From assembly GCA_011109175.1 (NCBI GenBank), contig RDEW01000020.1:552514-616513 (forward strand): 64,000 nt of DNA. The letters are read 5' to 3'. The notes below the pieces were generated by a model that ran no database searches, was not told the origin of the DNA, and saw only the letters and a list, made by a program, of their open reading frames with translations. The DNA is from Dicyema japonicum. Lineage: Eukaryota; Animalia; Dicyemida. Below, piece by piece: positions 40,101-52,610 of the stretch (its first letter is position 1; each line of letters begins with the position of its first letter). The position numbers were made by a program, and so were the translations under genes.

Positions 40101-40205
40101 AAGGCAGCTGAGGACAATACTCGGATTGTGTTGGCCAAGGAAAATAGGCAAGAAAGTTTTATATAATGTTCTTTGCTCCACTATTCCTTTGAGTCTCGAG
40201 ATCGG
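37190..40205 (+). mobile_element. Decayed RTE-clade LINE with a nested insertion at 38520-39475
   Basis: CLQETK, NTCFQHSARH, NQIDY, GIDLS, GTPQ.D.LSPLLF, YADDVD, LGDSED, FHRRQLR. Confidence 0.82.
38520..39475 (+). mobile_element. Non-autonomous retroposed element with internal tandem repeats and a LINE-derived 3' stem-loop
   Basis: Flanking duplication TCGAGGTCTACT(A/T)CT at 38505-38519 and 39476-39490; last ~100 nt match the 3' end of the LINE at 20336-20420. Confidence 0.7.
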
Positions 40206-40664
40206 CCATTTCGCATATTTATGGTTTTACGTATGTTGTTTAATAATAATTGAAATAGTTAAGGGTTAATTTTTCACTAGTCAGTGTGAAGAGAATCTCC
40301 ATCGCAGAATTGGAATAAATTGTAATATTAGAAAACAAGAGATTTATTTACATGGGGACACCTTGAACGAAAGACAAAATAAAGTCAGTTAAACAATATC
40401 AGTTCCCACAATGAGTAGCCCATCTCACATCTGTGGTTCTCAATTGTATCTACTGTTGCTCAGAAGCGCCTCCTCTAGTGCTTGCACAGGAAATCGATTG
40501 GGAAAGAAAACCTATGGGCTGACGACCTTTCCTTTTCCCGAAAAAGATTCATTAAATATATAATTTTACATTTACTATAATTTTGAAATTTGAGATATTC
40601 TGATCATTTTTATAATTTTATTAAGTTTTTATTATAAAAATAAATTTAAAAAATAAGGTGGGAA

Positions 40665-41001
40665 ATGTCGAGCTTTGTGATGAAAGAATATTACGAACAG
40701 ATAATATCCGGACTGGAAGAGGAGATCCGAAAACTGAGACATGAAAACTCAAGTAAGTTTAAATGATAACTATTAGACCTTAAATACAGACTAGTAAGCA
40801 TGGAGTGGGGGACAAGTCGTAAACGACCGATGGGTAGTCATTATAGTGAGCCTAGAATCTCCTAATAATCGTGCAAAGAAGAAGCATTGTATTAGTCCAC
40901 CAAAAATATCATCCCATGTACTGCCAACACTCCCTCCTCTTAGCAAATATGGAAGACGGACAGTGGAAATGAAAGGAAGAAGATGTGATTATATTTCTTA
41001 A
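40665..41001 (+). CDS. Small orphan protein (~96 aa, 2 introns): short coiled coil plus basic NLS-like tail
   Basis: Introns 40753-40776 and 40834-40855 give MSSFVMKEYYEQIISGLEEEIRKLRHENSNLKYRL...RKRPMESPNNRAKKKH...CDYIS*. Confidence 0.65.
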
Positions 41002-42369
41002 TATTTGCTTATTTACAATTATTATGCTTTTACTGATTAACATATGTAATGGGTACTCACTATGTATGCTCGATTCATACACAGAAAAACTACGTTCTGT
41101 GCCTTCTTTAAATTACAAGAGATGCGGTGTGATCAACCTGTCTCGGGAGACCCCCAGTGCCTGGCTAAATTCAAAAAGGATCTACATCCTCCTATTCCAC
41201 TGAAGATGTTCTAACAATGGGTAATATGGATGGTTGAAAGTATGCGTCTCACTTCAATCATGGTAACTGGATATACATTAATTAACCCTTACATCTTTCC
41301 GTGTATGCTCTTCCCTTCGTTTCCAGGGAGCTGAAATTGTTATTGTGCGTCATGTGGTTCACCATCTCTGGTGGCGCCAGATATAATCCTCAGTTATATC
41401 CAAAAAGGACCATTAGTCAACAACCATCCAGATGAATTCCCTCTGGACCGCACTTCCTTCAAATCCAAGCATGGAAAGACTGCTGAGGGAGGCCGGGATC
41501 ACCTAATTTTTTCATTCTGGATATGACGGTGTTTTCCAGTTCAATAAATTTAATTTGAAAATCACATTGTCAAGGATAAAGCACATTGAAGTATAAAGTT
41601 GCATAAATAGGATTTATTGGCTGGAGAACTCTACTGTATAGTGCTCCAGTCAAAGTCATACTAATGTTCTATGGTGTTGTTTCGAAGGCTTACTAATCTC
41701 ACTTGGGATTCATCGCAATCGATGCACCAACTAAAACATACATTCAATTTGTTTTCCTCAAGAATACATTAGATAGCTGTAGGCGGAGTATAAATACTGA
41801 GTTTACACTATCGAGGAAGATATGGTTATAGCAACCAATCACCTGGTAGAATCACCAACTCAGTTCGATGGTGTGCCAGGCGACCCGGGTTGGAGGAAAC
41901 GGATCGGTTTCAGCTCAACGACTCCTTTTCTAAGAGGAAAAATGTCTAAAAGCGAGTAGTAATATTGATTTAACAAGGGTTTTCCGTAAAAATAAAAGTT
42001 CAAATTATAATTGACCTGTTAATTGTATATATTGTTGTACTCTATTATTATTGATTTAGTATTTTTATAAGACTATAAAGGGTTAATATGACATTGGAGA
42101 TTAAACTGAGTACTTATGATTACTCAATCATTCTTTATATGCGAACTAGTAATCCAATCATGAACTTTGCTGTCAGTCAAACTGGACATCCGCAATGCTT
42201 TCAATAGCATTAGGAGAGATATAATCATAGAAGATAGCATCTCCAGGATCCCGGAAATTAACAGAATGCTGAAACTATCATATGGTTCCCCATGTACGCT
42301 GATCTTCTGACAACCACACATCGAATCCAAGACTGGAGTCCAACAAGGCTACCCCCTTGGCTCCCTATT

Positions 42370-42870
42370 CTTTGCCTTAGGCATCGATTTGCAGCATCAG
42401 CGATTTTTCCTGCTGGAGGAGTGCTTGAAGGGGTCCAAGACACACCGCATCAACGGACTTGAAGCGGACCGATTTTCTGTACAATTGGAGCCCCTTGGAT
42501 AGCCAACCAAAGACAAGACGGAACAACTCTCTTTCCATGGGAAAGTAGTAAATACCTTGCCTAAGACGCCACCTGTTTGGATAGCCTCTCTTTTTCCAAC
42601 CTTGTTATGATAGCAACTAACCCAGTCTCTGCTTTGGAGAAGGCTGAGACCCTAAAGATGAAGAAATGCGTATGTCTCGACGGACAGTTCACTTTTGACC
42701 CAGTCGCCGTGGAAACGTCATGAATCATAGGAAGCAGATCACTGATCCTGCTAAACAGAATCGGATCGCTCATCGCAAAGAATAAAAACGACAGGAGAGA
42801 AAGGAGTTGGCTCTTTGAGCGCATTTCCGTGTAAATCATCAAGGGTAATGCTTTCTCAATTATTATTTTG
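42370..42870 (+). mobile_element. CRE-like element C-terminal fragment
   Basis: RHTAST..., RQDGTTLFPWESSKYLA*DATCLDSL, F.PVAVETS, RSWLFERISV.IIKGNA. Confidence 0.75.
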
Positions 42871-43309
42871 TAGGATTTCGTAAATGGAAAAGACCGAAAA
42901 CCTCTGTGGAACAAAATTAATTATGAATTATTTAATGGTTATTTTAATTTAAAAGTAAATTTCACATTGACTTAATATCTTTGTGACGTTCTTAAAATGA
43001 ACCAAAGATATCAACAAAAACTTAAAGTGGCTCTTCTATCGTTATGCACTTATCATCCCAGAATGCTTGGATGACAAAGGATATTTTTAATTAATGGTTA
43101 TGTTGAATTAAAATCCTTATTCTCCTCGACAATGCCATGAAACATAAATTATTCAAATTACTCTTCATGCCAAATAATTCTACTCCATTTCTTCAGCCAT
43201 TGGATAATGGAATCAGCTAAACATAATAAATATGGATTTGAGAGTAGAATTGAACATTTTTTATAAATACACCACAATAAAATTGTTATTATTTCATAAA
43301 GTTATAATT

Positions 43310-44260
43310 ATTAATAGAAAAGGCAAGGTCTTGAAAAACGAAATGTTGAAGTTAATATTTGATGGAGTCAAAAAGAGAATTGGCAGTCTGGCAAATACAA
43401 GATTGAACTCGGTTAATTTGTTCAAAGCCATAAATGAGCATGCTTTAGAGAAGAAGTCGAAGTATTGTTTGAGGAAAGCAGACATTCTTCGGGTCATAAA
43501 ATCAAAGAAAACACATTTGGCCACAATCGTAGAATTCTTCAATCGAAGGTATAATGAACCCGCTGTTATGCATTCGTACTTATTAAAGAGATCCAGGAGA
43601 AACCTTTAATTGAACAAATACGGAAGAAGCAATTGCGTGGAACTCTTTTCAAATGTTTGGATGATATCAACGTCGACATCAGGGAATCATCTCAGTGGTT
43701 ATCGCATGGGAACAATTCTCCAATATCTGAAGGATTGCTGTGTCTTATACAGGACCGTAATTAGTCCTTCGACAATGCTGCAGAAAAGTGCAACCATTGT
43801 AACTCTTCCAGGAAAAGTGTCGACTTTTGGAAACAAAGTGTGGTCGTATGTTATGCAGCGATTACCTGCGAAGACATAATGAGGTGGTTAAATGCATACA
43901 TCTGTACCTGTGTCGTCAATGTGAATTAGGGTTAGGGTTACAACAATAGCCACGGACACGAAGGTACAAAATAGCATAACAGGCATATTCGTGTTCGATA
44001 AAATGAAGAATACAATAACTCTAATAAAAGTAAGAATTACATTCCAACTATGGCTAAAGCATGTCTATGAGGAACACAGGTATGATCTCTTAGCGAGCGA
44101 ACTTGTATTTATAATGCCAGTAGTTTTGACTTGGGATTGTCAGCAAATACTACAAATACCATTTAGAAGCCTTGAAGCTGGAATGTCTTGTGAAAGTTTA
44201 TATATAGACTGTCACGATTAATAAGACAGCAGAGAGTACTCTTAATGGATGCAGAGATTG
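43310..44260 (+). mobile_element. R4/Dong-like RLE non-LTR element, decayed
   Basis: RLNSVNLFKAINEHA, SSQWLSHGNNSP..EG..C.IQDRN, RHNEVVKCIH, RYDLLASEL..MPVVLTWD. Confidence 0.75.
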
Positions 44261-45457
44261 TGAGAACCGTGAACAATGTATGATTAATGCTCGGACGGCT
44301 CTAATGTTCTAATTATCTTCAGGGTACATATATGATACAAAACTGATTTGAATAATATCTTGCTCCTAATCTCTCTTCTCAGATAATCCAAACATTATGG
44401 ATATTGACATTATTATTATCAGCACTGCCGAGAACACATAAAAAACAAAAGTCAATTAAAGTTCCCTTGTGCCGCGCCGGCCACCCTTTGCACCAATCGC
44501 ATCCAAAGGCTTCTCCGTTTCGCAAGATCTCTTAGTTCATAGAGGTCATCCATTAGATATTGACATAAAGAACCAATATCTTGAGATATATCTATATTTA
44601 GACATTAACGATCGAATTGGGGTGTTAAAATTGAAAGTCCCTTTAGGTTTATACTTTTTATGAACTTAGAGATCCAAACTAACGTTGCCATGTAGGACTA
44701 TTTACCGATTTTATTGAATAGAATTACTCTCCTGGATAGGAAAAGTGCCTCTGAGATAGAGATCACATTGATTAACTGCTAAACTGGCAAGAATATAGAC
44801 AATCACGCATTGTTATGACTATGACGTCGCAAATTAAGTTTAATAATAATTACTTTTCCTTAAAAATCCAAATTAAGCGAATATTAATTATTTTACTAAT
44901 TATTGGAACAAAGGCCAAGGGTATTGCTTCTATCTCTTATTGCGCCGCATCATGAAATTTCAATAACAAATACTTATTCGATCCGCAATATATTATTAAT
45001 AACAAATAAGTTTTTATCCTGTTTATGATAAGATATTTGGTATTTCCATTAGTACCATTAGGTTCATATCTAAATTGAGTATATTTTACGCAGTTGGGCT
45101 GATATATAGAGCATTCACGCATAATAAGGATATTCTAATATAATATTGAAAATACTTGCGTACATGAAAAGATTATGAATTTGTCACAAAATATTATATA
45201 ACCGAATTTAAAAGAAAATTACTGTAAATGGATTATAATAAACTTACATGAATCTAAGAGAATAAAATTCTGTCGCAAAATGTGAGTTACAGTTTGAGAA
45301 ATCTCTATTAATCAAAATAATATTAAACATAGATTGAACATTGGGAGAGAATGGTCGTAAATATATTGTTATCATATTATTACGGAAACAAATGTTGTAA
45401 ATTAATTCCATAAAGTGAAAAAGTAACATCAATTGTGATGCTAATAAATTCAAGTAC

Positions 45458-46170
45458 AGTAAACTCCCTTTAATCCGATTTTTTAGACGAGTCAGCAAAA
45501 TTTTACTAAGTTTCCATACAAACAGGCTTCAATAATCTGAAACTTTATAATCTGCAATCCGAAAGACATTTATTAAAAATTTCGGATTAATTTATTTTGT
45601 TATTATTCTAAATGTAAATGAATTTAAATTTTAAATTAAAGTCTTAAAGTGCCACATGGTTAGAAAAAGGACCGAAATTTCTATTGCACGGAAAAAAATT
45701 TGAAAAATGACTATAATAATTTATTCCTAATTTTCTGAGAAAAGAATTATCCCATATCTGTGGAATAAAAATTAACCTTTATTTGGGAATTTCGAAACTC
45801 AAAAATTTTTAAAATGAATTTGGTAATTCGCTTGTTTAATGGATTTCAAGGATGGATGCAAGCAATGGTGTTATCACTGAGGATATAATCATTTCAAAAG
45901 CTAAGGTATTTAGTGAAAAGGTTGAATCAATGATCCGGAATTTAGTAAAGGCTACACAGATTCAAAGGAAAATTTAATCTTAAACTAAAAGTTCTTCACA
46001 AGAAACCAAAAAGCTTAACACAAAATTAAATTAATTGAATAGAAAAATATGATTGATAAGTTAAAAGAAGTTGACCCTGACGTATTGCTAAACATGGATG
46101 AAACTAGAATCTTTTATTTCAATCTTTCCCTTTTTTAATAAAAGACAATTATTCAACAAAGATACAAATG
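45458..46170 (+). mobile_element. pogo/Tigger-like DNA transposon, 5' part
   Basis: TA|CAGTAAACTCCCTTAATCCG terminus; MVRKRTEISIARKK start; LLNMDETRIFY (first catalytic D region). Confidence 0.7.
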
Positions 46171-46289
46171 TTAGTTGAGGAAGCCGGCTGCATGGATCGC
46201 AAAAAAGTTCCCTCTGAGTATGGCCATTCCAATCTTTTGTCTCAGCCAGAATCTTTCCCTTCTATAACAATTTCATATTTATTGTACAT

Positions 46290-46600
46290 TATATTAATAA
46301 TGTACTGGCCATTCGTGCCCATTCCCTCTCATAACCAGCAGCGCTCATGGGGATCTCCTGTTAGTGTAGAAATCCGATTCCGTAGACGACTCAAGAATTC
46401 CAGCGTCGCAGAGGCAAGGGAACCAAACGTTTCAAACGCGAGCGGAACAAACAAAAAATCCGCTTGTAGGACCGCATACATTGCCCGTTTTGACTTCTTG
46501 ACCTTCTCAGCGGCAGAATAGGTCCAGGGGATTATTCTTATCCAAAGTTTTTTTTTCTCCGATCATCAAGGTCGTCAGATGTTTCGAGTTTTTTTGCCTA
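46290..46600 (-). mobile_element. CRE-like element C-terminal fragment
   Basis: Minus strand AAEKVKKSKR...FVPLAFETFGSLASATLEFL...TGDPHERCWL. Confidence 0.7.
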
Positions 46601-47520
46601 CACCTTCGTCGTTAACTATTGTCCTTGAATCTCCCTGGAATGATCTACACATTCTTTAAAGTAAATTTTGATACAGCCATACAGTTTTTATTTTGAATGT
46701 TAGATTTCCGTTAAAAAAGGCTCATTGTTACATAACTTGTACGGTCAGCATCCATGCTCTCTATTGTGTACTGTATATTGTGTGACTTGTGAAGCAAGGT
46801 ACAATGAAAACGTGTCAAGGTTTTCTATAATCAGCATAGACAACAATTTCAGTACTCACATTGGCTGGGTGAGGGAGCGACGACATAAAATTATTGAAGA
46901 GATGAACTTATAACCCTTGTAAAATCCACGGTTAGACTTAAACAAAGTATGTCACACATAGTTCATCCGATCTTCTAAGAAGCTGGAAATCAAGTGTATC
47001 AGCCCCAAAAAGATTCCTGCCTCAGTGAGGGTGGATTGGAGCCATCAAATTATACATAGTCGAATGCTCTCTCTACTCCAAAAATAGTGCTGCATGTTTT
47101 AATTGTCCATATAGTAGATCTGAGAGCTCAACTCCCAGAGGCAGTCACCGCAGGATCGCTTTTTTCCGGAACAATTTGAGAGTCCGAAAGGGTCAGTGTA
47201 TAATTTATCTTATTCATATCTTACATGATTTCTTCTATATAATTTTTCTAATAAGTGAGTGATCACCAATTTGTGGTCACATCATATTTCAAAACCATAG
47301 TAAATTTGATTAATATTATAATTCCAGTTCTCGTCCTTTCCTTATCTAATCCAAGTAGCCTTGTGTCATATTGGGTGGTCAAAAGTAATATTTGTGATAA
47401 AAAATCGTAGGATTGGCAAAATCGAACTAAAGATGCACAATGAGAATTTCTCCGGTTCCAATCGTTTCATTTAATGAAAGTTTCCCAATTCCGTGCATTA
47501 CCGGCTCTAGTATTCTAATA

Positions 47521-47944
47521 TGTCGCGTCCCGCCGGGTTACCGATTCCAGTGCTGGTTACATTTCACCTGTCAATCGACATGTCACCTGTCATTCAATCA
47601 ATATTAATTGGTTTCTAATCAAAGAATTTATTTTTTAATCTATATTTTCTTGACTCGACTCTTTTTCAATTCTCCTGATCCTGCCTTAATCTGTGATAAA
47701 AATTAAATAAACCTCTATTCGGTAGTTTGACAAAATTTGAATAATTTTACTTGGCTCTTCATATGGAAATTCAAATTTCTAAATTTCAATAAATTAAATA
47801 TATGGCTACTGCAGATTCACTTTTAAGTCATTTACAAATAGCATATTTGCTGTAAACATCAATTACATCTGACAAGTAGCCTGACTGTGGTTGACAGGTG
47901 ACATGTAACCAGCATGGGACGCGTTGCCACCACGGGACGCGACA
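47521..47944. mobile_element. 424-bp MITE with TG..CA termini and 5-bp TSD (Ginger/TDD-like by structure)
   Basis: Imperfect ~55-bp TIR TGTCGCGTCCCG...TGCTGGTTACAT(T/G)TCACCTGTCAA; TAATA at 47516-47520 and 47945-47949. Confidence 0.8.
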
Positions 47945-48585
47945 TAATATTTAAAAAAATGTCAGAAATGGCGATGACAATGATTGTCTCAATCAATAAG
48001 TTGAGTGTACTGAGCTCTAGGATTACCAAGGACTACGAATCCAAGTCCATGTGTGGAAAGTCATAAAGTGATTATTTAATATTCATTTTTGTTAGAGAAT
48101 ATGTGATCACTATAATAATATATAACTGATTAGATTGACTGATTTGTCTGTTTTCATCGTTCATAGAAGAACTTAATGTCTTTACTATGGATAAGCTTGT
48201 ATTGAATATAATTCCATGTTTGGACACACAATCGCATATTCATATCACTAAATTATTTAGATAACTTATCTTAATTTTAGAATTATACGGACATTCATTA
48301 TTTCACAGCTTAGTTATTTTTAAAATTATTAACATTTATCACATATGTGACAGTGACTGAATCCTTATAAGTTACTACAGACAATAAGAAATTGTATTCT
48401 GGAAATACTGGTCATGCATAAAGCCTTTCTCTGTTTTCTATAGTAAAGTGAATAAATTAATACTATAAGAGAATTCACTATAAGATGAGTGCTATTTATA
48501 ACATAACAAAGTCAAATATTACTCAAATTATGTTAGTACAACAATACATTACGTAAAAATAGAATTTAGATAATAAATGTAATGA

Positions 48586-48825
48586 TTACTGGGAGGCACA
48601 ACATGACTTTACTCGTCTCTTCTTCTTTAATGGGGCTGATTTATCTTTTTCACTACATTCAGTCGTCACATTATTTTCATTATTGCATTCTGAAGACACT
48701 ACTTTATTATCACAGGCTTCCTCTGTATTATCCTTATCAGATGACTGACTTTTATCCTTCAATATAAATTGTCCATCCTCATAAACATACTGATTTATTA
48801 AATTAGTGGAGTTATCTTGATTCAT
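48586..48825 (-). CDS. 79-aa acidic microprotein with polybasic + CCaaX tail
   Basis: Ends KKKRRVKSCCASQ*; AAACCACAA motif 16 nt upstream of the ATG, as in recognised genes. Confidence 0.65.
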   Translation of the reverse strand: MNQDNSTNLINQYVYEDGQFILKDKSQSSDKDNTEEACDNKVVSSECNNENNVTTECSEKDKSAPLKKKRRVKSCCASQ

Positions 48826-48837
48826 ACGTTTTATTTA

Positions 48838-48855
48838 AATATTGTGGTTTATAAT
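48838..48855 (-). promoter_or_regulatory. Candidate start-proximal motif ATTATAAACCACAATATT
   Basis: Identical 18-mer at 61938-61955 upstream of KLF; core AAACCACAA also at 25131-25139 (Rho) and 31117-31125 (GOT1). Confidence 0.5.
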
Positions 48856-49165
48856 CAAATTTTATTATTAACAATAATAAATTATAAATAAAATAAAATA
48901 TTAATTTAATTAAAATCAAAGTAAACACTAATTAGGTTGAGGTGTCTAGGTGGCGCCCAGTGCCTGGCCGGCACGAAAAAAGATCATTTGCTTTCCCCCA
49001 CTCCACTGGAGGGGTTTCCACAACTGCAAGTATGGACGTCTTTTTCTTTTTATGTTGATTCCGGATGGACTCTGTTTCTGTGAAAGTAGAAATTGGATAC
49101 ACTTAATTAGTTGTTTACTTTAACTTCTTTCTCGTTGCATCCGGGGTTAATAAATAGGTTGAGGT

Positions 49166-50390
49166 TAGGTCGTTCTTTGGTTGAGGTTGGTGACGCATCT
49201 CAAATTGCACCAATGTCTTTTTCACTCTTTTCAAACTCTTTGTTCACGCTAGCATCCTTCAACGTTCGAGGAGTAAAGTCGTCGGTCAAAAGGAGGGCAC
49301 TCTGCCAGGATCTAAAACGGTACAACATTACTATCTGCTACAAGCAAGAGACCAAAGTCAAAGAAGGACTTAACGAACAAAATGCTGACCACGACCTTAT
49401 CTTGCTTTCTTTGGACTGTTATCACTACGGGCTTTGCGGTGGATATCAGACTTCGGGAATATATAAAAAGAATATGGAAAGTGAATGACAGAAATTGCGT
49501 AATTCAATTGGAAACTGGATCTAACTTTACAATTATAAATGTATATTCACTTACATCTACAAATGTCTCTAAAAACCAAACGGAACTGGATGACTTTTAC
49601 AGTTCACTATTCACAACCCTTATGGAAATATCCACAAGCTATCTACTATACATAAGTGGAGATTGGAACGCGAAGGTCGGAAAAAAGGCCAGAGAACTGA
49701 GCTTCATGGGTATCCATCGGAGGAACATGTCTGGAGCAACTATGGCCAACTTTGCGATTAATAAACAATTATTCATTTGCAACACAGCATTCCAGCACGC
49801 TGCAAGGCATATCACGACCTGGACTGGAGAACGCCGAGACTCAAATGGACATGTAATCAAAATATATAACCAAATTGACTACATTCTGTGTCGACAATCA
49901 CAGAAAGCCCTACTCCCAGATGCCCAAAATATGGAGGAACGCTCTATCGAGTAACCACAAACTATTGGTAATCAAACTTCTAAAGAGAAGATTTTGGATT
50001 AACAGAGTCAAAAACAGACACAGAGAAGTTAGATACGCAGTCGAACTCTTAAGAAACTATCATGTCCACACAAATAACTATTCAGCTAAAATATCACAAA
50101 CCATAAAACCAATCAATCTCAATCTACCTGTTGGAAGTTTACAGAATAAACTCGTAAACAAAATAAAATCAGTGGCTAATCATAAGATTGGGACAATTCC
50201 CAAAACTTTCAAAGGAATACACGACCCACATATAGATCATTTCTACCAGTTACAAAAGGATCTACGTATCAAATCCATGAACACCACAACAGTGAAAGCA
50301 ACTGATTTCAAAATCAAAGAAACAAAATTATGTGAAAAATCAAGAATAAATGTCACATAAACCACGAAACAGAGCTACAAAACCCCTTGA
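49166..50390 (+). mobile_element. RTE-clade LINE 5' part (APE)
   Basis: ASFNVRG, QETK, IINVY, SGDWNAKVG, NTAFQHAARHITTW, NQIDYIL. Confidence 0.88.
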
Positions 50391-50439
50391 GGAGCGCAGA
50401 TTTACTCGCAAGATTCCGTTAATTGAAATTTTTATGAGT

Positions 50440-51500
50440 TAATAGATATTAGTCTGCCGATTAATGGGACTCTCTTGGGCAATGAGATTTAGAGGTTTAC
50501 GTTAGAGAGAATGAAGTGTGGTTTCTTACTTCTCACATACTTATTTATGAATCATATTATTGATCCAAAGAGTTCGTGACTAATTTCATTTATTTATATG
50601 TTTAGTGATTTTTTATTTTGTTATAATGCCAGATCACTATACTCCAGCTCACAGCCACACTTTTTGTCTTACCACGGATTTAATCAATCGTGACTTGGTT
50701 TACTACATAATATGAATGTGCATTAGTTTTATTTTATTATTAATATATGATAACAGAGGAGACAGAACTACAATCTTTCCGTTCGAGGAAGGGAAGTCAC
50801 TGGTATGGATGCCACATGACTCCCTTTATATTATAATATTATATGTACTCAACATAAAAATAACCGTATATGTTACTATTCTACTTAATAAATACACCAA
50901 CCATCTCATTAACTTTTTTAATTATATCATTAATATTATAAAAATCATGTTACTCTAAATATCATCTACAAATGGACTGGTGATACATCACAAACAAAAT
51001 TTTCAATTTCTCTGCCACACCTGATCATCTATATGTCTGTCTTTAGGTGTTACATTCTTATGGTTTCTTCCACTTTAATGGAATGGGGTTAATAAGTTAT
51101 GTGGTTGATTTTTGTATGTATTTAATTGCTTAGTTGTTGGATCGATTATTTTGTATAATTTATAATCCATGCGTGAAATATGAGAGGAACAGTAAAATTA
51201 TTATTATTTCTTGCGTACTATTTCTCTTTACTCCTCACGACTTGTTTATACTAGTCAGAGATCTATGTTTTATAACTTGTAATCCTCATTCCAACGGCAT
51301 CATGTAGTGGACACACAGGGTCGTTCTCTTCCTTACTCAAGATCTCATCTGGGGTTTTCCTAAGAGCAGTTTTAATTTTTTTTTAATTTTTCCATGAGTG
51401 AGATGATGAACTTTACTACCACTATAAGGAACTCTCTATTTGATTAATGAAGTTTTGGTGGTATTCAACCTTATCTGGTTAATACATTTTAATTATGAAT
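50440..51500 (+). pseudogene. Possible heavily decayed GH31 alpha-glucosidase-like pseudogene
   Basis: KWTGDTSQ..SISLPHL at ~50970-51030, FVLPR upstream and LINEVLVV downstream, in GH31 order; many stops. Confidence 0.3.
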
Positions 51501-51685
51501 ATTCCAATTATTCAACAAAGTGTGTAATGTCCCTTGGTAGCCTCTGTATAACTCATTCAATGTAAAGCAGAATCTTCCAGATATAAGTTGTATAATAAAT
51601 GTGAGGACATAATAAGTATAATTTGTTATCTCCTAAATATTGACAGATTAATGTCATATATATTAATGTAGTACCATTGATTGTG

Positions 51686-52610
51686 ATGGATGATAGAGAG
51701 GCACGACGTATTGCTATATTGGAGAGATTAGCTCACAGAAGAGTATTATATTATATATAACTCAGAAAAGATTATCACAACATTCTGATTATAATAAATC
51801 AGATCACTCTATCAATAAGGATATCAATAATTTTACACACCATAATGGTTCACATCCTGATGGGGGTCACTCAATTGAGTCGACCACATGCGATACTTCA
51901 CTTGATACTCGCAATGACTCTGTGGTAGAGGATTGTTCTGTTAATAACCACACTGTTGAGGCTACAGATCACATGGTAGATAACTCTTTGGTAGAAGATT
52001 GTACTGTCAATAACAACAATGTTGATACTACAGACCACATGGTAGATGATTCTTTGGTGGAGGATTGTGCCGTTAATAACCACACTGTTGAGGCCACAGA
52101 ACACATTGATGACGCAAATGTCCCCACTCAAAATGGTCATGTAGGTACAACTGTCGATCAAAACGAAGAGTATGTTTGACACCTGATAAAAGGGAATTAC
52201 TTAAGGTTATCATTGATGTAATGGTAGAGAATAATATTGGAGAGAGCTCATGTGCTGTCAAGAGAGGAGACCCTACGTAAGGAAGAGGAGAAGAAGAGAG
52301 CGATTGAAGTGGAACTGTCAAAGTACAGAGATTTGAGTGGAATGGAAAAAAGTTGTAGTAGTAACGAATGTAGCCTCATTGGAGAGACTAATAAGGGAGA
52401 TGACAAAAGAAGTGAGAAGACTGAGTGAAGGCCAGGAGGACATGACCACCAAATTACGTGAATTGGAGACCCAGGTTATTGTATTAGTAATGTAGATGAA
52501 TGAATTGACAGGGAAAGTGAGGAGTGGTAAATTGTAGTTGTTTTGTTAATTACAGTGTTATGCCTGTGCTTAATAAGACACCAAAATGTGATAAATCTCG
52601 TAGTAATTAA
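51686..52610 (+). CDS. Orphan protein (~263 aa, 6 introns) with 3x22-aa tandem repeat and C-terminal coiled coil
   Basis: Introns 51743-51765, 52170-52192, 52206-52227, 52352-52373, 52475-52495, 52534-52555. The last is uncertain; if unspliced the stop is at 52537. Confidence 0.72.
51916..52110 (+). repeat. Coding 66-bp tandem repeat x3
   Basis: DS(V/L)VEDC.VNN..V..TDHMV unit repeated three times. Confidence 0.9.

Noticed and set aside
43926-43940. TTAGGG repeats (also ~9518) as telomere addition sites
   Set aside because: Only about 2 units; at 43926 it overlaps the element's own I-R-V codons (ATT AGG GTT).
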